In this document: positions 12,173 to 24,790 of the stretch, in pieces
Layout: each line of letters begins with the position of its first letter
Position numbering within the stretch: position 1 is the first letter of the stretch
DNA from: Mobula hypostoma
Taxonomy: Eukaryota
NCBI RefSeq assembly: GCF_963921235.1
Contig: NC_086097.1
Span: 113,276,001-113,340,000, forward strand
Direction: 5' to 3'
Length of the DNA: 64,000 nucleotides
The notes under the pieces: generated by a model
What the model was told of the DNA's origin: nothing
What the model saw: the letters and a program-made list of their open reading frames with translations, nothing else
Database searches by the model: none
Position numbers and translations under genes: made by a program

Positions 12173-13236
12173 AACTGAAGGAAGAGTTAGTAAGAGATTT
12201 GAAAGTGGGAGGGGGAGGGGGAGATCCAAAATGATAGGAGAAGACGGGAGGGGGAGGGATGGAGCCAAGAGCTCGACAGGTGATAGGCAAAAGGGATATG
12301 AGAGGATCATGGGACAGGAGGCCCAGGGAGAAGGGAAAGGGGGAGGGGGGGAAACCCAGGGGAGGGGCAAGGGGTATAGTGAGAGGGACAGAGGGAGAAA
12401 AAGGAGAGAGAGAAAAAGAATGTGTGTATATAAATAAATAACGGATGGGGTACGAGGGGGAGGTGGGTCATTAGTGGAAGGTAGAGAAGTCAATGTTCAT
12501 GCCATCAGGTTGGAGGCTACCCAGACAGAATGTAAGGTGCTGTTCCTCCAACCTGAGTGTGGCTTCATCTTTACAGTAGAGGAGGCCGTGGACAGACCTA
12601 TCAGAATGGGAATGGGACGTGGAATTAAAATGAATGGCCATTGGCAGATCCTGCTTTCTCTGGCAGGCAGAGCGTAGGTGTTCAGCGAAACGATCTCCCG
12701 GTCTACGTCGGGTCTCGCCAATATACAGATTGTTTCGCTAAACACCTACGCTCTGTCCACCAGAGAAAGCAGGATCTGCCAGTGGCCACACATTTTAATT
12801 CCACGTCCCATTCCCATTCTGATATGTCTATCCACGGCCTCTTCTACTGTAAAGGTGAAGCCACACTCAGGTTGGAGGAACAGCACCTTACATTCCGTCT
12901 GGATAGCCTCCAACCTGATGGCATGAACAATAACTTCTCAAACTTCTGCTAGTGCCCCACCTCCCCCTCGTACCCTATCCGTTATTTATTTATATACACA
13001 CATTCTTTTTCTCCCTCTGTCCCCCTCACTATACCCCTTGCCCATCCTCTGGGCTTTTTCCCCCTCCCCCTTTTCTTTCTTCCTCGGCCTCCTGTCCCAT
13101 GATCCTCTCATATCCCTTTTGCCAATCACCTGTCCAGCTCTTGGCTCCATCCCTCCCCCTCCTGTCTTCTCCTATCATTTTGGATCTCCCCCTCCCCCTC
13201 CCACTTTCAAATCTCTTACTAACTCTTCCTTCAGTT

Positions 13237-13272
13237 AGTCCTGACGAAGGGTCTCGGCCTGAAACGTCGACT
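13237..13272 (+). ncRNA. Minimal type I hammerhead ribozyme motif (Penelope-associated)
   Basis: AGTC-CTGACGA-AGG gtctcgg CCT-GAAAC-GTC-GACT: complete catalytic core, GUC cleavage triplet, palindromic ACGT in place of stem III. Confidence 0.8.
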
Positions 13273-13334
13273 GCACCTCTTCCTAGAGATGCTGCCTGGC
13301 CTGCTGCGTTCACCAGCAACTTTGATGTGTGTTG

Positions 13335-14645
13335 TACTGAAGTGTGTTCTTTGTAATGGCACTTATGTATTGGGTTTAGGACACATGAAATGATTACACT
13401 GAGGAATTTCATGTTGCTGACCCTCTCCACCTCTGATCTTCAATTGAGGACTGGCTCGTGGATCTCCAGATTCCTGTTCTTGAAGTCAATAATCAGCTCC
13501 TTGGACTTGCTGACACTGAATGAGAGATTGTTACTTCGGCATCTCTCAGCCAGATTTTTCAATCTCCCTCCTATATGCTGATTCCTCATATCTTTGATAC
13601 AGCCAACAACAGTGGTGTCATCTACAAACTTAAATATGGCATCGGAGTTGTGCTTAGCCTCATAGTTATAAGTATAAAGTAAATAGAGCAGGGGACTAAG
13701 CACACAGCCTTGTGGTGCACCTGTGTTGGTGGTGATTGTGGAGGAGATTTTGTTGCCAATCTGAACTGACTGGGGTCTGCAAGTGAGGAAATAGAGGACC
13801 CAGTTGCACAAGGAAGTATCAAAGACTAGGGCTTGGAGCTCATTGAGTAGTTTTGAGATGACGATAATATTGAATTCAGAGCTGTAGTCAACTTCACTAT
13901 CCAAATGCTCCAGGGTTGAGTGAAAAGCTAATGAAATAGTAGCTGCTGTTGACCTGTTGTGACGGTAGACATGTTGGAATGGATCCAAGTGGCTTCTCAG
14001 TCAGGAGTTGATATGTTTCATCACCAAGCTCTCAAAGTTCTTCATAACACTAGATATAAGTGCTACTGGATGGTAGTGCTGAGGCAGGTTACCACATCCT
14101 TGAGCACCGGTATAATTGAAACTTGTTTGAAGCAGGTGGGTATCACAGACTGCCAAAGCAAGAGTTTAAAGATATCAGTGAACACTACAGTCAGTTCATT
14201 AGCACAAGCCTTCAGTACTTGGCCAGGTACCCTTTCTGGGCCATATGATTTCCTGAAGGATGTTCTCAAGTTGGCCTCAGAGACTGAAATCACAGAGTCA
14301 TCACGTCTGTGGGAGTTTGTGAAGTTGCCTCCATGTTTTGTCGGTCAAAGCGAGTGTAAAAGGCATTGTGCCCATCTGGGAGTGAAACCATGCGGCTTGG
14401 TTTAACTTTGTAGGAAGTGATAGCATTCAAGCTATGCCACAGCTGTCGGACGACCTTCTGTGACCAGAATTGCCATTTTGCATCTGAGATGGCTTTCCCG
14501 AAGTTGCACCTGGAATACTTGTGCTTTACTTGGTTGCCGGACCTGAATATCACTGATCTGGCCCTCAGCAGATTGCAGGTCATCCAGGGCTTCCATTTGG
14601 GGGAAAACTCAGAATGATTTTGTGGGGACACACTCATCCACACTC
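13335..14645 (-). mobile_element. Rex1/Babar-type LINE RT fragment
   Basis: TGAPQGCVLSPLLY and KFVDDT motifs; upstream VLKACANEL..VFTDIF..IPTCFK on minus strand. Confidence 0.85.
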
Positions 14646-15629
14646 ACCCTAACAGCATTGTAACTTAATTAGTTAGTTACCTAATTGAGAGTTACGCATT
14701 TCAAAATAATGACAGCGTATTTAAATCAAGAGTGCTTGACAACCAGAGCGAGAAAAACTTGCTCTTTGATATTCTTCATATTAGTCATCTTAAGGCCATT
14801 CTGAAAGAAGACAGTTAACTGATATCTTAGACATGTACCTGCTGATAGATGCTTTAGGGAAAATTGTACGTGAGGTTTTTGTCAGCCAGCCATCCACGCA
14901 ACGAACTAAAATTGTTCCTGGCTGTAAAGAAGCATCCAAGTTCTAAATGGCATTCAGTTCCCAAAAGGGTTAACCTACACCACTTTACTTAACTGTGTAG
15001 TACTAGTGCAATCATTCGATCGAGTATGATGTTCTCCTAAGGGATTGCCAGTGGATTCCCTTATTGGAGAATACTTGTACAAGACTTTATTTAATGTGGC
15101 AAGGCTGATGCATGGGCAGCCACCACACGATCCCTGACAGACTGGGGTCAGGGTCCAGTGACATGGAAATACAAGACAACTGGGAACTTTTCACTGCTGC
15201 AGCCTTCGTCCACCTTCAGCGCTGTTACGGTGTGCCATCATCTTCTGTCAGCTCCGCCACAGAGGACCAGGTTGGATCTCCCTGTCTAAAACTGCGCCCC
15301 TTACCTTACCTCCATGGGTCACTCTACCAGAAGCGAAGCACCAGATGGCTAAACTCCAGAATGTATCGCTCTTGGGATCTCAGGCTCTCACAGGCCTCTC
15401 CACCACGACAAGGCGATGATGTTTGGAGACCACGGAATGCACCAATAATAAAGCACTTCTAATTCAAAATACAGTAGTGACATGATTAGCTGACTCTGAA
15501 TATACTGCCTTTTGAAAATCTGATTGCCTATTAGCAAGAAGCCACACTTGCATGGCTTCCCTTTTTCCGTTACTTTAAATTCTAATCAAGGGATAAATAG
15601 ACATCAAGAAAGAAATATAGGAGGAAGAC

Positions 15630-17240
15630 ACCAGAGGTTCATAAGTCAGTCCTCATTAGGGGATCAGAGGTAGAAAGGGTCTGTAACTTTAAATTTCTTG
15701 GAGTTATCATACCAGAGTATACTTCCCTGGGACCAGCACATAAGTGCCATTGTCAGTCTTTGAGTGTACTTTTTCATTGATTCTATTGTATTTGTTTGCT
15801 GTAATGTAAATGCCTGCAAGAAAATTAATCTCAGGGTAGTATTCATGTAGTATCTAAGAAGAATGCTGTAATTTGTCTCAATGACTATCGTCCACATGTA
15901 TCCACTGTGATGAAATGCTTTGAGATGTTGGTGTTGAAACATATCAACTCCTGACTGAGAACCAATTTGGATCTGCTCCTATTTGCCTACCAGCACAACA
16001 GGACCACAGAAGATGCCAATTCATTGGCTCTTCACTCAACCCTAGAACATCTGGACAGTGAAGGTACATACATCAGGATGCTCTTCATTGGCTGCAGTTT
16101 AGTATACAATACCATCATCCCCTCAAAATTAATCAATATGCTTCAATACCTTGGCCTCAATACCTCCTTGTAGAATTGGATCTTCAATTTCGTCACTTAC
16201 AGATCACAGTCAATTCAGATTAGCAACAAAATCTCCTCCACAATCGCCATCAGCACAGGGCATAACAAGGCTGTGTGCTTAGCCCCCTGCTCTGCATGCT
16301 TTATACTTATGACTGTGATGCTAAGCACAACTATGATGCCACATTTAAGTTTGCTGATGACACCACTGACGCTGGCCAAATCAGGGGTAGTGATGAATCA
16401 GCATATAGCGGGGAGATTGAAAATATGATTGAGTGGTGCCACAACAACAGCCTCTCACTCAATGTCAGCAAGAGCAACGAACTGATTATTGACTTCAGGA
16501 GGAGAAAACTGGAGGTCCATGAGCCAGTCCTCATCAGAGGATCAGAAGTGTAGAATTCCTCAGAGGACTTGTCCTGGGCTCAGCACCTAACTGCAATGAT
16601 GAAGAAAGCACGGCAGGTCTCTACCTCCTTAGAAGTTCGCAAAGATTCAGCATGACATCTAAAACTTTGACAAACTTTTATAGATATGTGTTGGAGAGTA
16701 TATTGATTGGTTGTGTCATGGCCTGGTATGGAAACACCAATGCCCTTCAACAGAAAAACCTACAAAAAGTAGTGGATATGGTGCAGTCCATTATGGGTAA
16801 AGATCTTCCCACTATTGAGCGCATCAACATGGAGCATTGTCACAGCAAACCAGCATCCATCATCAGGGACCCCCGCCATCTAGGGCAGGCTCTCTTCTTC
16901 CTGCTCCCATCAGGAAGAAGGTACCGGAGCCTCAAGGATCACACCACCAGGTTCAGGAATAGTCATTACCCTTCAAGTTCATTCAACATCACTTGTCCCA
17001 TCACTGAATTGTCCCCACAACTTATGGACTCACTTTTAAGAACTCTTTATCTCATGTTCTCAATATTTATTGTTTAGTTATTTACTTATGTTATTTTATT
17101 TCTTTGGTAATTGCACAGTTTGTTGTCTTTTGCACATTGGGTGTTTGTCCGTCCTGTTGGGTGTGGTCCTCCTTTTTTGTTTCTTGGAGTTACAGTGTAT
17201 GCCTACAAGAAAACTAATCTCAGGGTTGTATTTGGTACTA
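15630..17240 (+). mobile_element. Rex1/Babar-type LINE fragments (RT to 3' UTR)
   Basis: LLFAYQHNRTTEDA, LSPLLCMLYT, KFADDT, LLPSGRRYRSL, RFRNS motifs. Confidence 0.85.
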
Positions 17241-18029
17241 TTCAAGTACTTTGCTCTTTTTAGTTTAGTATTTTTGCCCTGTTAATGACAATTGAACTTC
17301 TCCAGAATATAAGAATAGGTAGATTCAGATTTGTTTATTAAAGTTCAAAATACATTTATTATCAAAGTATGTATATTTGATACAACCTTGATATTTGTCT
17401 CCTTACAGGCAGCCACAAAATAAAGAACCCCAATAGAACCCATTAAAAACAAAAGAGGACCATCAAACACCCAGTGTGCACAGAGAGGGAAAAACATGTA
17501 CAAACATTAAAGCCAGCAAACAACACTCAGAACTGAAGTTCACCACACCAGACATCACTTCAGCCAATTCAGAAGTGCACAGAAGCCTATTCAGAAGGTT
17601 TCAGTCTAGCACAGAGTTGAACAAATCCTGCAGAGCTGCAAAAGCTGAATCGGCCCGTCTCTTGCCTCTGACCACAACACACTGACCATTTCAATTTGGC
17701 ACAGCACTTAACTCGTTCAGACAGCAAGTCGTTCCTCCCCCTCAAACTCAGGCACCATTGCCTCAATACAGCCCATACCTGACCTTTCCAATTCAGCTCG
17801 TCTCCAAAATTGATCAAACCTCAGGTCTTTCCTCAACTCTCCTCAGCTCCACTGCACAGAATTACCTGACCCGAATTATCACATGTACATTGAAACATAC
17901 AGGGAAATGCATAATTTGCATTAGCAACTATCATATCCAAGGACGTGCTGTAGCCTAACAGTCTTCTATCCCCAGGACAGGCTTTCTTTGGCCTAAAGCC
18001 TCCAGTGGACCATGAATTTGCAGATATTA

Positions 18030-18510
18030 AACTCATCAAAAAGGCGGATCCATCCTTGGCTACAACCCAGACTCTTTTGAGTTAGTGGTGGAGAGGAGGT
18101 CACTAAACAAACTGTTATCCATCATGAAGAATCAGGCACATCCTCTCCACGACCTACTGAATAGGCAGCGGAGCACCCTTTCGAACAAGCTCATTCAGCT
18201 CCACTGTCACAAGGTTCGTTACAGAAAATCTGTCCTACCAAATGCAATAAGCATATACAACAGTTCATCTCTGTGCGACAGGAGAACACACACCATAGTA
18301 CGATAGTCTCTGTTTTATTATTTTGTACATTATTATTGCACATTGGTAAATTATTATTCTGTACTTTATTATTAGTTAATATTATTATTATATTTATTAT
18401 TTTTAATTATTATTGCTCAGTGTGTATTTAAATGTTGTTGTAATTAAATAATTTCCCACTCCGGATCAATAAAGTACTTATTATTGTTATTGTTATTATT
18501 ATTATTATAT
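18030..18510 (+). mobile_element. 3' end of a Rex1/Babar-like LINE with (TAT)n tail
   Basis: IMKNQAHPLH...RYRKSVLPNAISIYN C-terminus, AATAAA near 18468, TAT microsatellite tail. Confidence 0.65.
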
Positions 18511-20129
18511 TGGGCCTCTGCCTTCCCCAGTGGACTCGCAAAGATTTGCAGACTCAGGGCCCCAGCCATTGGGCTTCAACTTCTAAACTTCTGACCAAAT
18601 AAACCCAAAACTTGCCGATGACAACTAATGTGGTCCCTGGATGAGGAAGCAAACTCTAGGCCTTGCTGATGATGCGACCCGAACATGCTCACTAGTCTGC
18701 TAGACTGTCATCCGAGCACATCCACGTTACTGGCGTTTGAGCATGCAGCCTGTCCTCTAATTCCCCCATGTCTCTGTATTTTTGGTTTTGCCGGCAGAAA
18801 CGCTTAGAAATCCAATGTGTAGTTTTTGACTCAGTAAAAGAATGGAAACTCAGCAATATTATGGATTAGTTCAAGCATTCCCTTGATTACTTTCTTGGAA
18901 AAATCATTATTGTCTCTAAAATATGCAGGCGAATCATTTGTTTTTAGTCCATTTCACTCTTTCAACCTTTTCATCCACACCATTGGTAAGTGACGTGCAG
19001 CATTCTGAAACCAAAACCTAAATGCTACACAGTGGATGTTTATTGCTGACATGGTGTTATATTGATGAAGAAATCACTTTTTTTTGGTGAGGCATTTGTT
19101 GACTTCCAACAGGTTAAACTGAAAAGTTCAAGCCCTACAATTCAAAGAAAGATTGGGTGGGGAGCAATTAAGAAATAAAGTGAAAGAAAATGTTTATTCA
19201 AGTTGCTTACTGATTTTAAATTAGCAACAATATTTAAAATCCAGCGGAATGAGGCCTCACATTTGAATGGTAATTTTCAGTGCCTCAGAGGTTGTTGACA
19301 CCACTCATATCCATCATTGAAAAGAACATGTCCTGATGTTTCATCATTAATGTAACCTGTATCCATCAGGTTTACTAAAGCAATATTGTGTCATTCAAGC
19401 TATTTAAATGATGAGCATGTCCTTGAAATATAGTTCTCAAGAAGGATCAACACATGAGCAACAAATTTACTATTTTCATATTAAAATATGTTCATGTGAT
19501 TGGCCAGAGTTGTTGAACAAATTGCAGATTGATAACAGAATAACAGTAGTTTTAGAGAAAAATTGTGGGAAACATTATGTTGTGGACTCAGGTTCCTAAA
19601 GTTCAAGTTTATTGTATACCAAATACATATATACATGTATACCATCAAACAAAACAATACTCCTCTGCCTCAAGGTTTAGAGCACAAAATATATAACTCA
19701 CACACAACGAAATAATACTACCACAAAAAAATTAACAAATAATATGGTGCATTTATAAGACAAGTTAAAAAGTAAAGGTTCATCTAATCGGTAGGAGTGT
19801 TCAAACCCATTTCACTATCCAGCCACCTGTTCAGTTATCAGTATGTTTCCTTATTCCTTATTCCAGAACATACAGTACTTTAACATCCTATCCAGCTACT
19901 GCAAGTACATGCAAACGCTGGAAGACAACTTCAGCAAGCTATTGAAACACAGGCATCAGAACATTTCAGATGTTGTCCTCACCTGATATTTGCACTTATA
20001 CATTTTCAGTCAAGGCCACTTGATAAAGATCTACTGGGAACTCTCTTTCGATCTCTTTACTAACTTTCAGTTCCTTGGCCCTGACTACCTTATTTTCACC
20101 ATAAATTTCCAATCCCTATTCACTTCTGT

Positions 20130-22950
20130 CCCCCATTAATAGGGCCTCCAGGCTCTCCGCTTCTTTCCCAATAAAAGAACCAACCCGCTTACCTGTTCCT
20201 CTCCACCACAAACCCCCTCTATATGGCAGAACAGATCCTCACCCTCAACAATTCCTCCTTCAGCCCCTCCCACTTCCTCCAGGCTCCAGGGGTAGCCATG
20301 GTCAACTATATAGGCCTCAGCTCTGCCTGGCTTTTCATTTGATACGTACAACAGTCCATTTTCCAAGCCTTCCCTGGTAATTCTCCCCAAATCTTCTTCT
20401 GCTACATTGACAATTGCATTGGTGCTGCTTCATGCACCCAGGCATAGCTCATCAATTTCATCAACTTTGCCTCCAACTTCCACCCTGCCCTGAAATTCAC
20501 TTGGTCCATTTCTGATACTGTCATGGTCCGGTCCGTGAAGTCCGTATTCCGGATCACGGTCCGGTCCATAGTTCCTTATTCCAGGGTTTCTGGTTTTCCC
20601 CAGCTTCTGTTGTAGGCACATGATTCTCGTTTTGGAGCTGAGACATAAATTCCTCTGCAAACCAGGGATTCCTGGCTGGACTGAATTTTCGCCCCTCGCC
20701 TGACTCTCTGTCTGGATACCTCGCCTGCACCACTGTTGAGTTCAATCGCCAATGCAGAGATGGAACTGTCTGTTGTTCTTTGGTGTTTGTCTCTTCTTGT
20801 TCTCACCTCCGTGGGGTAAGTCAGGCTGTTCTGCTGTTGCCCTGCAGTGGGATCTGTCTTGTCTTTGCCTCCATGGGGTAAGCCCGGCCGTTGGGCCATT
20901 GCCCTGCGGGGGGGATCTGTCTTGTCTTGCCCTTGCCTCTTTGGGGTAAGTCAGGCTGTTCTGCCGTTTCCCTGCGGGAGATCTCTCTTGTCTTGCCCTT
21001 GCCTCTGTGGGGTAAGTCAGGCTGTTCTGCCGTTTCCCTGCGGGAGATCTCTCTTGTCTTGCCCTTGCCTCTGTGGGGTAAGTCAGGCCGTTCTGCCATG
21101 CCTGACGGATGGTCCTCTCCCACCTTGGTGTGGAGATGAAGCTGAGTCCCGGCTTGTCTAGTATAAGTCCTGGTTCTATGTCTTTGTACTGTCCTGTTCC
21201 ATGTTGGTGTTGTGTTGAAGATGAGTCCCAGCTTTTCGAAGGATAAGTCCCAGCTCCATGTTGATGTACAGTTTCCAGTCTGTCTCCGAGCTCCAGCCTC
21301 CAAGTTATCAGCCTCCGCATTCCAAGACCCAAGACCCCAGCCAGCAGCCTCAAGACCCCAAGCCTGTCTCCAAGCCTCAAGCCTCAAGACCCCAGCCTCC
21401 AGTCCTGCAGTCATGCCTGGTTCTGGGGCCCAAGCCCGAGGCAAGACCCAAGTTCTGGGTCCTTGTCCAGTCTCTGGCTCGGGGTTCAAGCCCAGGCTCC
21501 TAGTTCAAAGTTCCTTGTCCAGTTTCCCTGTTTCTTGTCCATGTCCTAGCCCAAGTCTGCATTCTTCTCCCTGCTCCTTGTCTGTATCCTGTCACGTCCC
21601 AACTCTAGTCAAGTTCCTTGTACTTCAGTGTCTGTGTCTTGCCTTTGGGTCTGAGACCAATGCCCCCGCTTGTGACAGATACCTCCCTCCCTTTCCTTGA
21701 TCTCTCTGTCTCCATCTCTGGAGACAAACTGTTGATCAACATCTTTTATAAACTTATCAATTCCACTGGTTATCTTGACCATACCTCTTCCCACACTACC
21801 TCCTGTAAAAATGCTATTTATTCCCTTTTTCTCAGTTTCATTGTCTCAGCCACATCTGTTCCCAGAATGAAGCTTTCCTCACCAGAACATCCGAGGTGTC
21901 CTCCTACTTCAAAGAATGGGGTTTTCCTTCCTCCACTATTGATGATGCCCTCACCTGCTTCTCCTCAATTTCCCGTACATTCGCCCTCACCCCATCTTCC
22001 ACCACCTCAACAGCGTTCCTCTTGTCCTTGCCTACCACCCCATGAGCCTCCTCATCCAGTACATTATTTTCTGCAACTTCTACCATCTCCAAAAGAGTTC
22101 TACCACCAAACACATCTTTACCTCCCCCACACCCCCACATTTCATTTTCCTCACGAATCTTTTTCTCCGTGATTTCCTTGTCCATTCATCCCTCCCCACT
22201 AATCTCCCTCCTGGCACTTATCCCTGCAAGTGGCCAAACTGCTACACCTGGCCATTCAGCTCCTCCCGCACCTCCATTCAGGGCTCCAAACAGTCCTTCC
22301 AGGCGAGGCAACACTTCACCTGTGAATCTGCTGGGATTGGCTATTGTGTCCAGTGCTCCTGACGTGGCCTCCTCTACACTGGTGAGATCTACCAAAAATT
22401 GGGGAACTGCTTCATCGAGCACCTCCACTCTATCAGCCAAAAGCAGAACGTCCTGGTGGCCAAAGATTTTAATTCTGATTCCCATTCCCATTCTGACACG
22501 TTGGTCCACAATCTCCTCTTGTGCCATGATGAGGCTACTCAGGGAGGAGAAGCAACACCTTGTATTTCATCTGGGTAGCCTCCAATCTGAGGGCATGAAT
22601 ACTGATTTCTCATTCTGGTTAAAAAGAAATTCCCTCCCCTTCCCCTCTTCTGTTCACCACTCTGGCCTCTTACCTATTCTCACCTGCATATCACTCCCCC
22701 TGGTACCCCTCCTCATTCCCTTTTTCCTATGGTCCACACTCCTCTCCAATCACTTTGTCATTCCCACCTGCCACACTTCACCTGTCACTTACTAGCTATC
22801 CTCCTTCCCCTCCCCCCATCTTTTTGTTCTGGCATTTTCCCCCCTTTCTTTCCAGTCCTTAAGAAGGGTGTCACCCTGAAACTTTGACGGTTTGTTCATT
22901 TCCATAGATGCTGCCTGACCTGCTGTGTTCCTCAAGCATTTTATATTTGT
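20130..22950 (+). mobile_element. Penelope-like element (RT, GIY-YIG and 3' terminus), interrupted by a solo LTR
   Basis: QGVAM and YIDNCIG (degenerate YIDD) before 20518; after 21678 YLDHTSSH...CKNAI, FTCESAG..YCVQCS, HLVFHLGSLQSEGMN and the standard terminal motif. Confidence 0.8.
20519..21677 (+). mobile_element. Solo LTR (~1159 bp) of a sushi-like Gypsy family, with internal 62-68-bp tandem repeats
   Basis: TGTCA...TGACA termini; 5-bp TSD GATAC (20514-20518, 21678-21682); similar to the LTRs at 45407 and 46752. Confidence 0.9.
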
Positions 22951-23139
22951 TGTTTTCACTGAGAACTCTGTCTAATTTTCATTTCTTGTCAGAATGACCA
23001 AGTGCATCACCTCTAACACCAGCTAAGAGTAGTTAACTCAGCACACTCCAGGCACCAAATGTGTGATCTCTGCACTCCTCAAGGCCTACAGCTTATTGGA
23101 TAACTTCAGAGCTATTAATTTAGAGTCACAAAGTCAAAG

Positions 23140-23840
23140 AAACAGGTCCATCTATTTCACGTCAACCTGGTTTTCTGTCTAGTCCCATCTACCTGCACCT
23201 AAGCCATGTCACTCCATACCTCTCACATTCAAGTACCTATCCAAACTTCTCTTAAATGTTACAATTAAACCTGTATTTATCACCTCTGCTGGCAGCTCAT
23301 TCCACACTCACTCCACCCTCTAAATGAAGTAGCTACCTCCCCCCAGATTCTCCTTAAATGTTTCACCTTTCACCCTAAACCTATGACCTCTAGTTCCAGT
23401 CCCACCAATTCTGAGCGGAAAATGCCTGTCTGCATTCACCCTATCTGTACCCCTTATAATTTTGTATACTTCTGTAAGATCTTCCCTCATCCTCCTGCGT
23501 CACCAGAATAAAGTCATACCTATTCAACTTATCCCTGTAACTCAGTTCCTCAAGTTACAGCAACATATATGTAAATTTTCCCTCTCCTCCTTTAGGCTTA
23601 TTTCCTGCAGGTAGGTGACCAGAACTGCATAAAATAATAAAATTGGCCTCACCCACATCTTATACAACTTCAACATAACATCCCATCTCCTGCACTCAGC
23701 ACCCTGATTTATGTGCCAAGAGTTCTCTTTACGACCCTATCTACCTGTGATGCCACTTTCCAGGAATTATAGATGGGCATGCTCAAATCCCTTGCTCTAT
23801 CATACACCCCAGAACCCTACTATTCACTGTTTAAATCCAG
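23140..23840 (-). mobile_element. CR1 LINE 3' fragment, degenerate
   Basis: Antisense similarity to the RT C-terminus and 3' UTR of the long CR1 copies in this window. Confidence 0.65.
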
Positions 23841-23884
23841 AAATCTAGATGGTTTACAAATAATTCTAGCTGCACTCATCCTCC

Positions 23885-24237
23885 TGACAGAATTGTACAC
23901 GATAATGAGAGGCATTGATCATGTGGATCGTCAGAGCTGAAATGGCTAGCACGAGAAGGCACAGTTTTAAGGTGCTTGGAAGTAAGTAGGTACAGAGGAG
24001 ATGTCAGGGGTAGGTTTTTTACGCAGAGAGTGGTGAGTGTGTGGAATGGGCTGCTGGCAGCGGTGGTGGAGGCGGAAACAATAGGGTCTTTTAAGAGACT
24101 CCTGGATGGATACATGGAGCTTAGAAAAATAGAGAGCTATGGGTAAGCCTAGGTAGTTCTAAGGTAAGGACATGTTCAGCACAGCTTTGTGGGCCGAAGG
24201 GCCTGTATTGTGCTGTTGGTTTTCTATGTCTCTATGC
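23885..24237 (+). mobile_element. CR1 LINE 3' end
   Basis: TTTTTTACGCAGAGAGTGGTG (FFTQRVV), GGGCCGAAGGGCCTG 3' hairpin, TTCTATG-like tail. Confidence 0.75.
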
Positions 24238-24574
24238 ACTCCTATAACCCTGGTATCTTAATTCCTCCTCCATTAGCTATCCCATTAGAAGAAAGTATGG
24301 CTGAATAAGGAACTAAATATGAATTCTATCAAGAAATGGTGAGCAAATTGAGAAGAGGAGAAGGAAAAAAATACACAGTGTTATCTATGCATTTCAGTTG
24401 ATTGATCTTATTCCCATTCCATGTTTAAAATTCTATACATTTGAATTAATGTTTGATTATAGTGATTCTGTAAATACATAGGGTACGATATTTGAAATGT
24501 GATAGTCATAATTCTCAACGAAGCAGAAAAGGGATGAAGATCATTAAAGTGCATTTTACATAGCAAAAGAAGTT

Positions 24575-24790
24575 ACACAAAATGCTGGAGGAGCTCAGCA
24601 ACCCAGGCAGCATCTGGGGAAAAGAGTAAACAGTCAACATATCGGGCCGAGATCCTTCATCAGGACCCTTCTCGGTCCGAAACGTCGAATGTACTCTTTT
24701 CCACAGATGCTGCCTGGCCTACTGAGTTCCACCAGCATTTTGTATGCCTTGCTTAGATTTCCTGCATCTGCAGAGTTTCTCTTGTTTGAG
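24575..24790. repeat. Short fold-back of two Penelope termini
   Basis: ACAAAATGCTGGAGGAGCTCAGC... is mirrored by ...CTGAGTTCCACCAGCATTTTGT, with degenerate hammerhead halves in the centre. Confidence 0.7.

Larger units (their letters stand above)
12083..13326. repeat. Long inverted repeat of two head-to-head Penelope-like 3' ends (arms ~12083-12696 and ~12727-13326, 30-nt spacer)
   Basis: Arms are reverse complements (ORFs 11979+/13029- and 12497-/12678+ give near-identical peptides); the spacer reads YIGETRRR (GIY-YIG) on minus; right arm encodes FAKHLRSV...VATHFNS...SLQPDGMN. Confidence 0.92.

Noticed and set aside
15005..15430. Possible RTE-type 5' region or novel ORF (15112+)
   Set aside because: It looks repeat-derived, but I found no diagnostic motif to support a family or gene call.
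20800..21095. CRISPR-like periodic array (~66-bp period)
   Set aside because: Whole units repeat with no unique spacers; the array lies inside a TSD-bounded LTR in vertebrate DNA with no cas genes.
20742..21489. 212-aa and 222-aa minus-strand ORFs
   Set aside because: They are translations of the LTR tandem repeats, with no domain signal.
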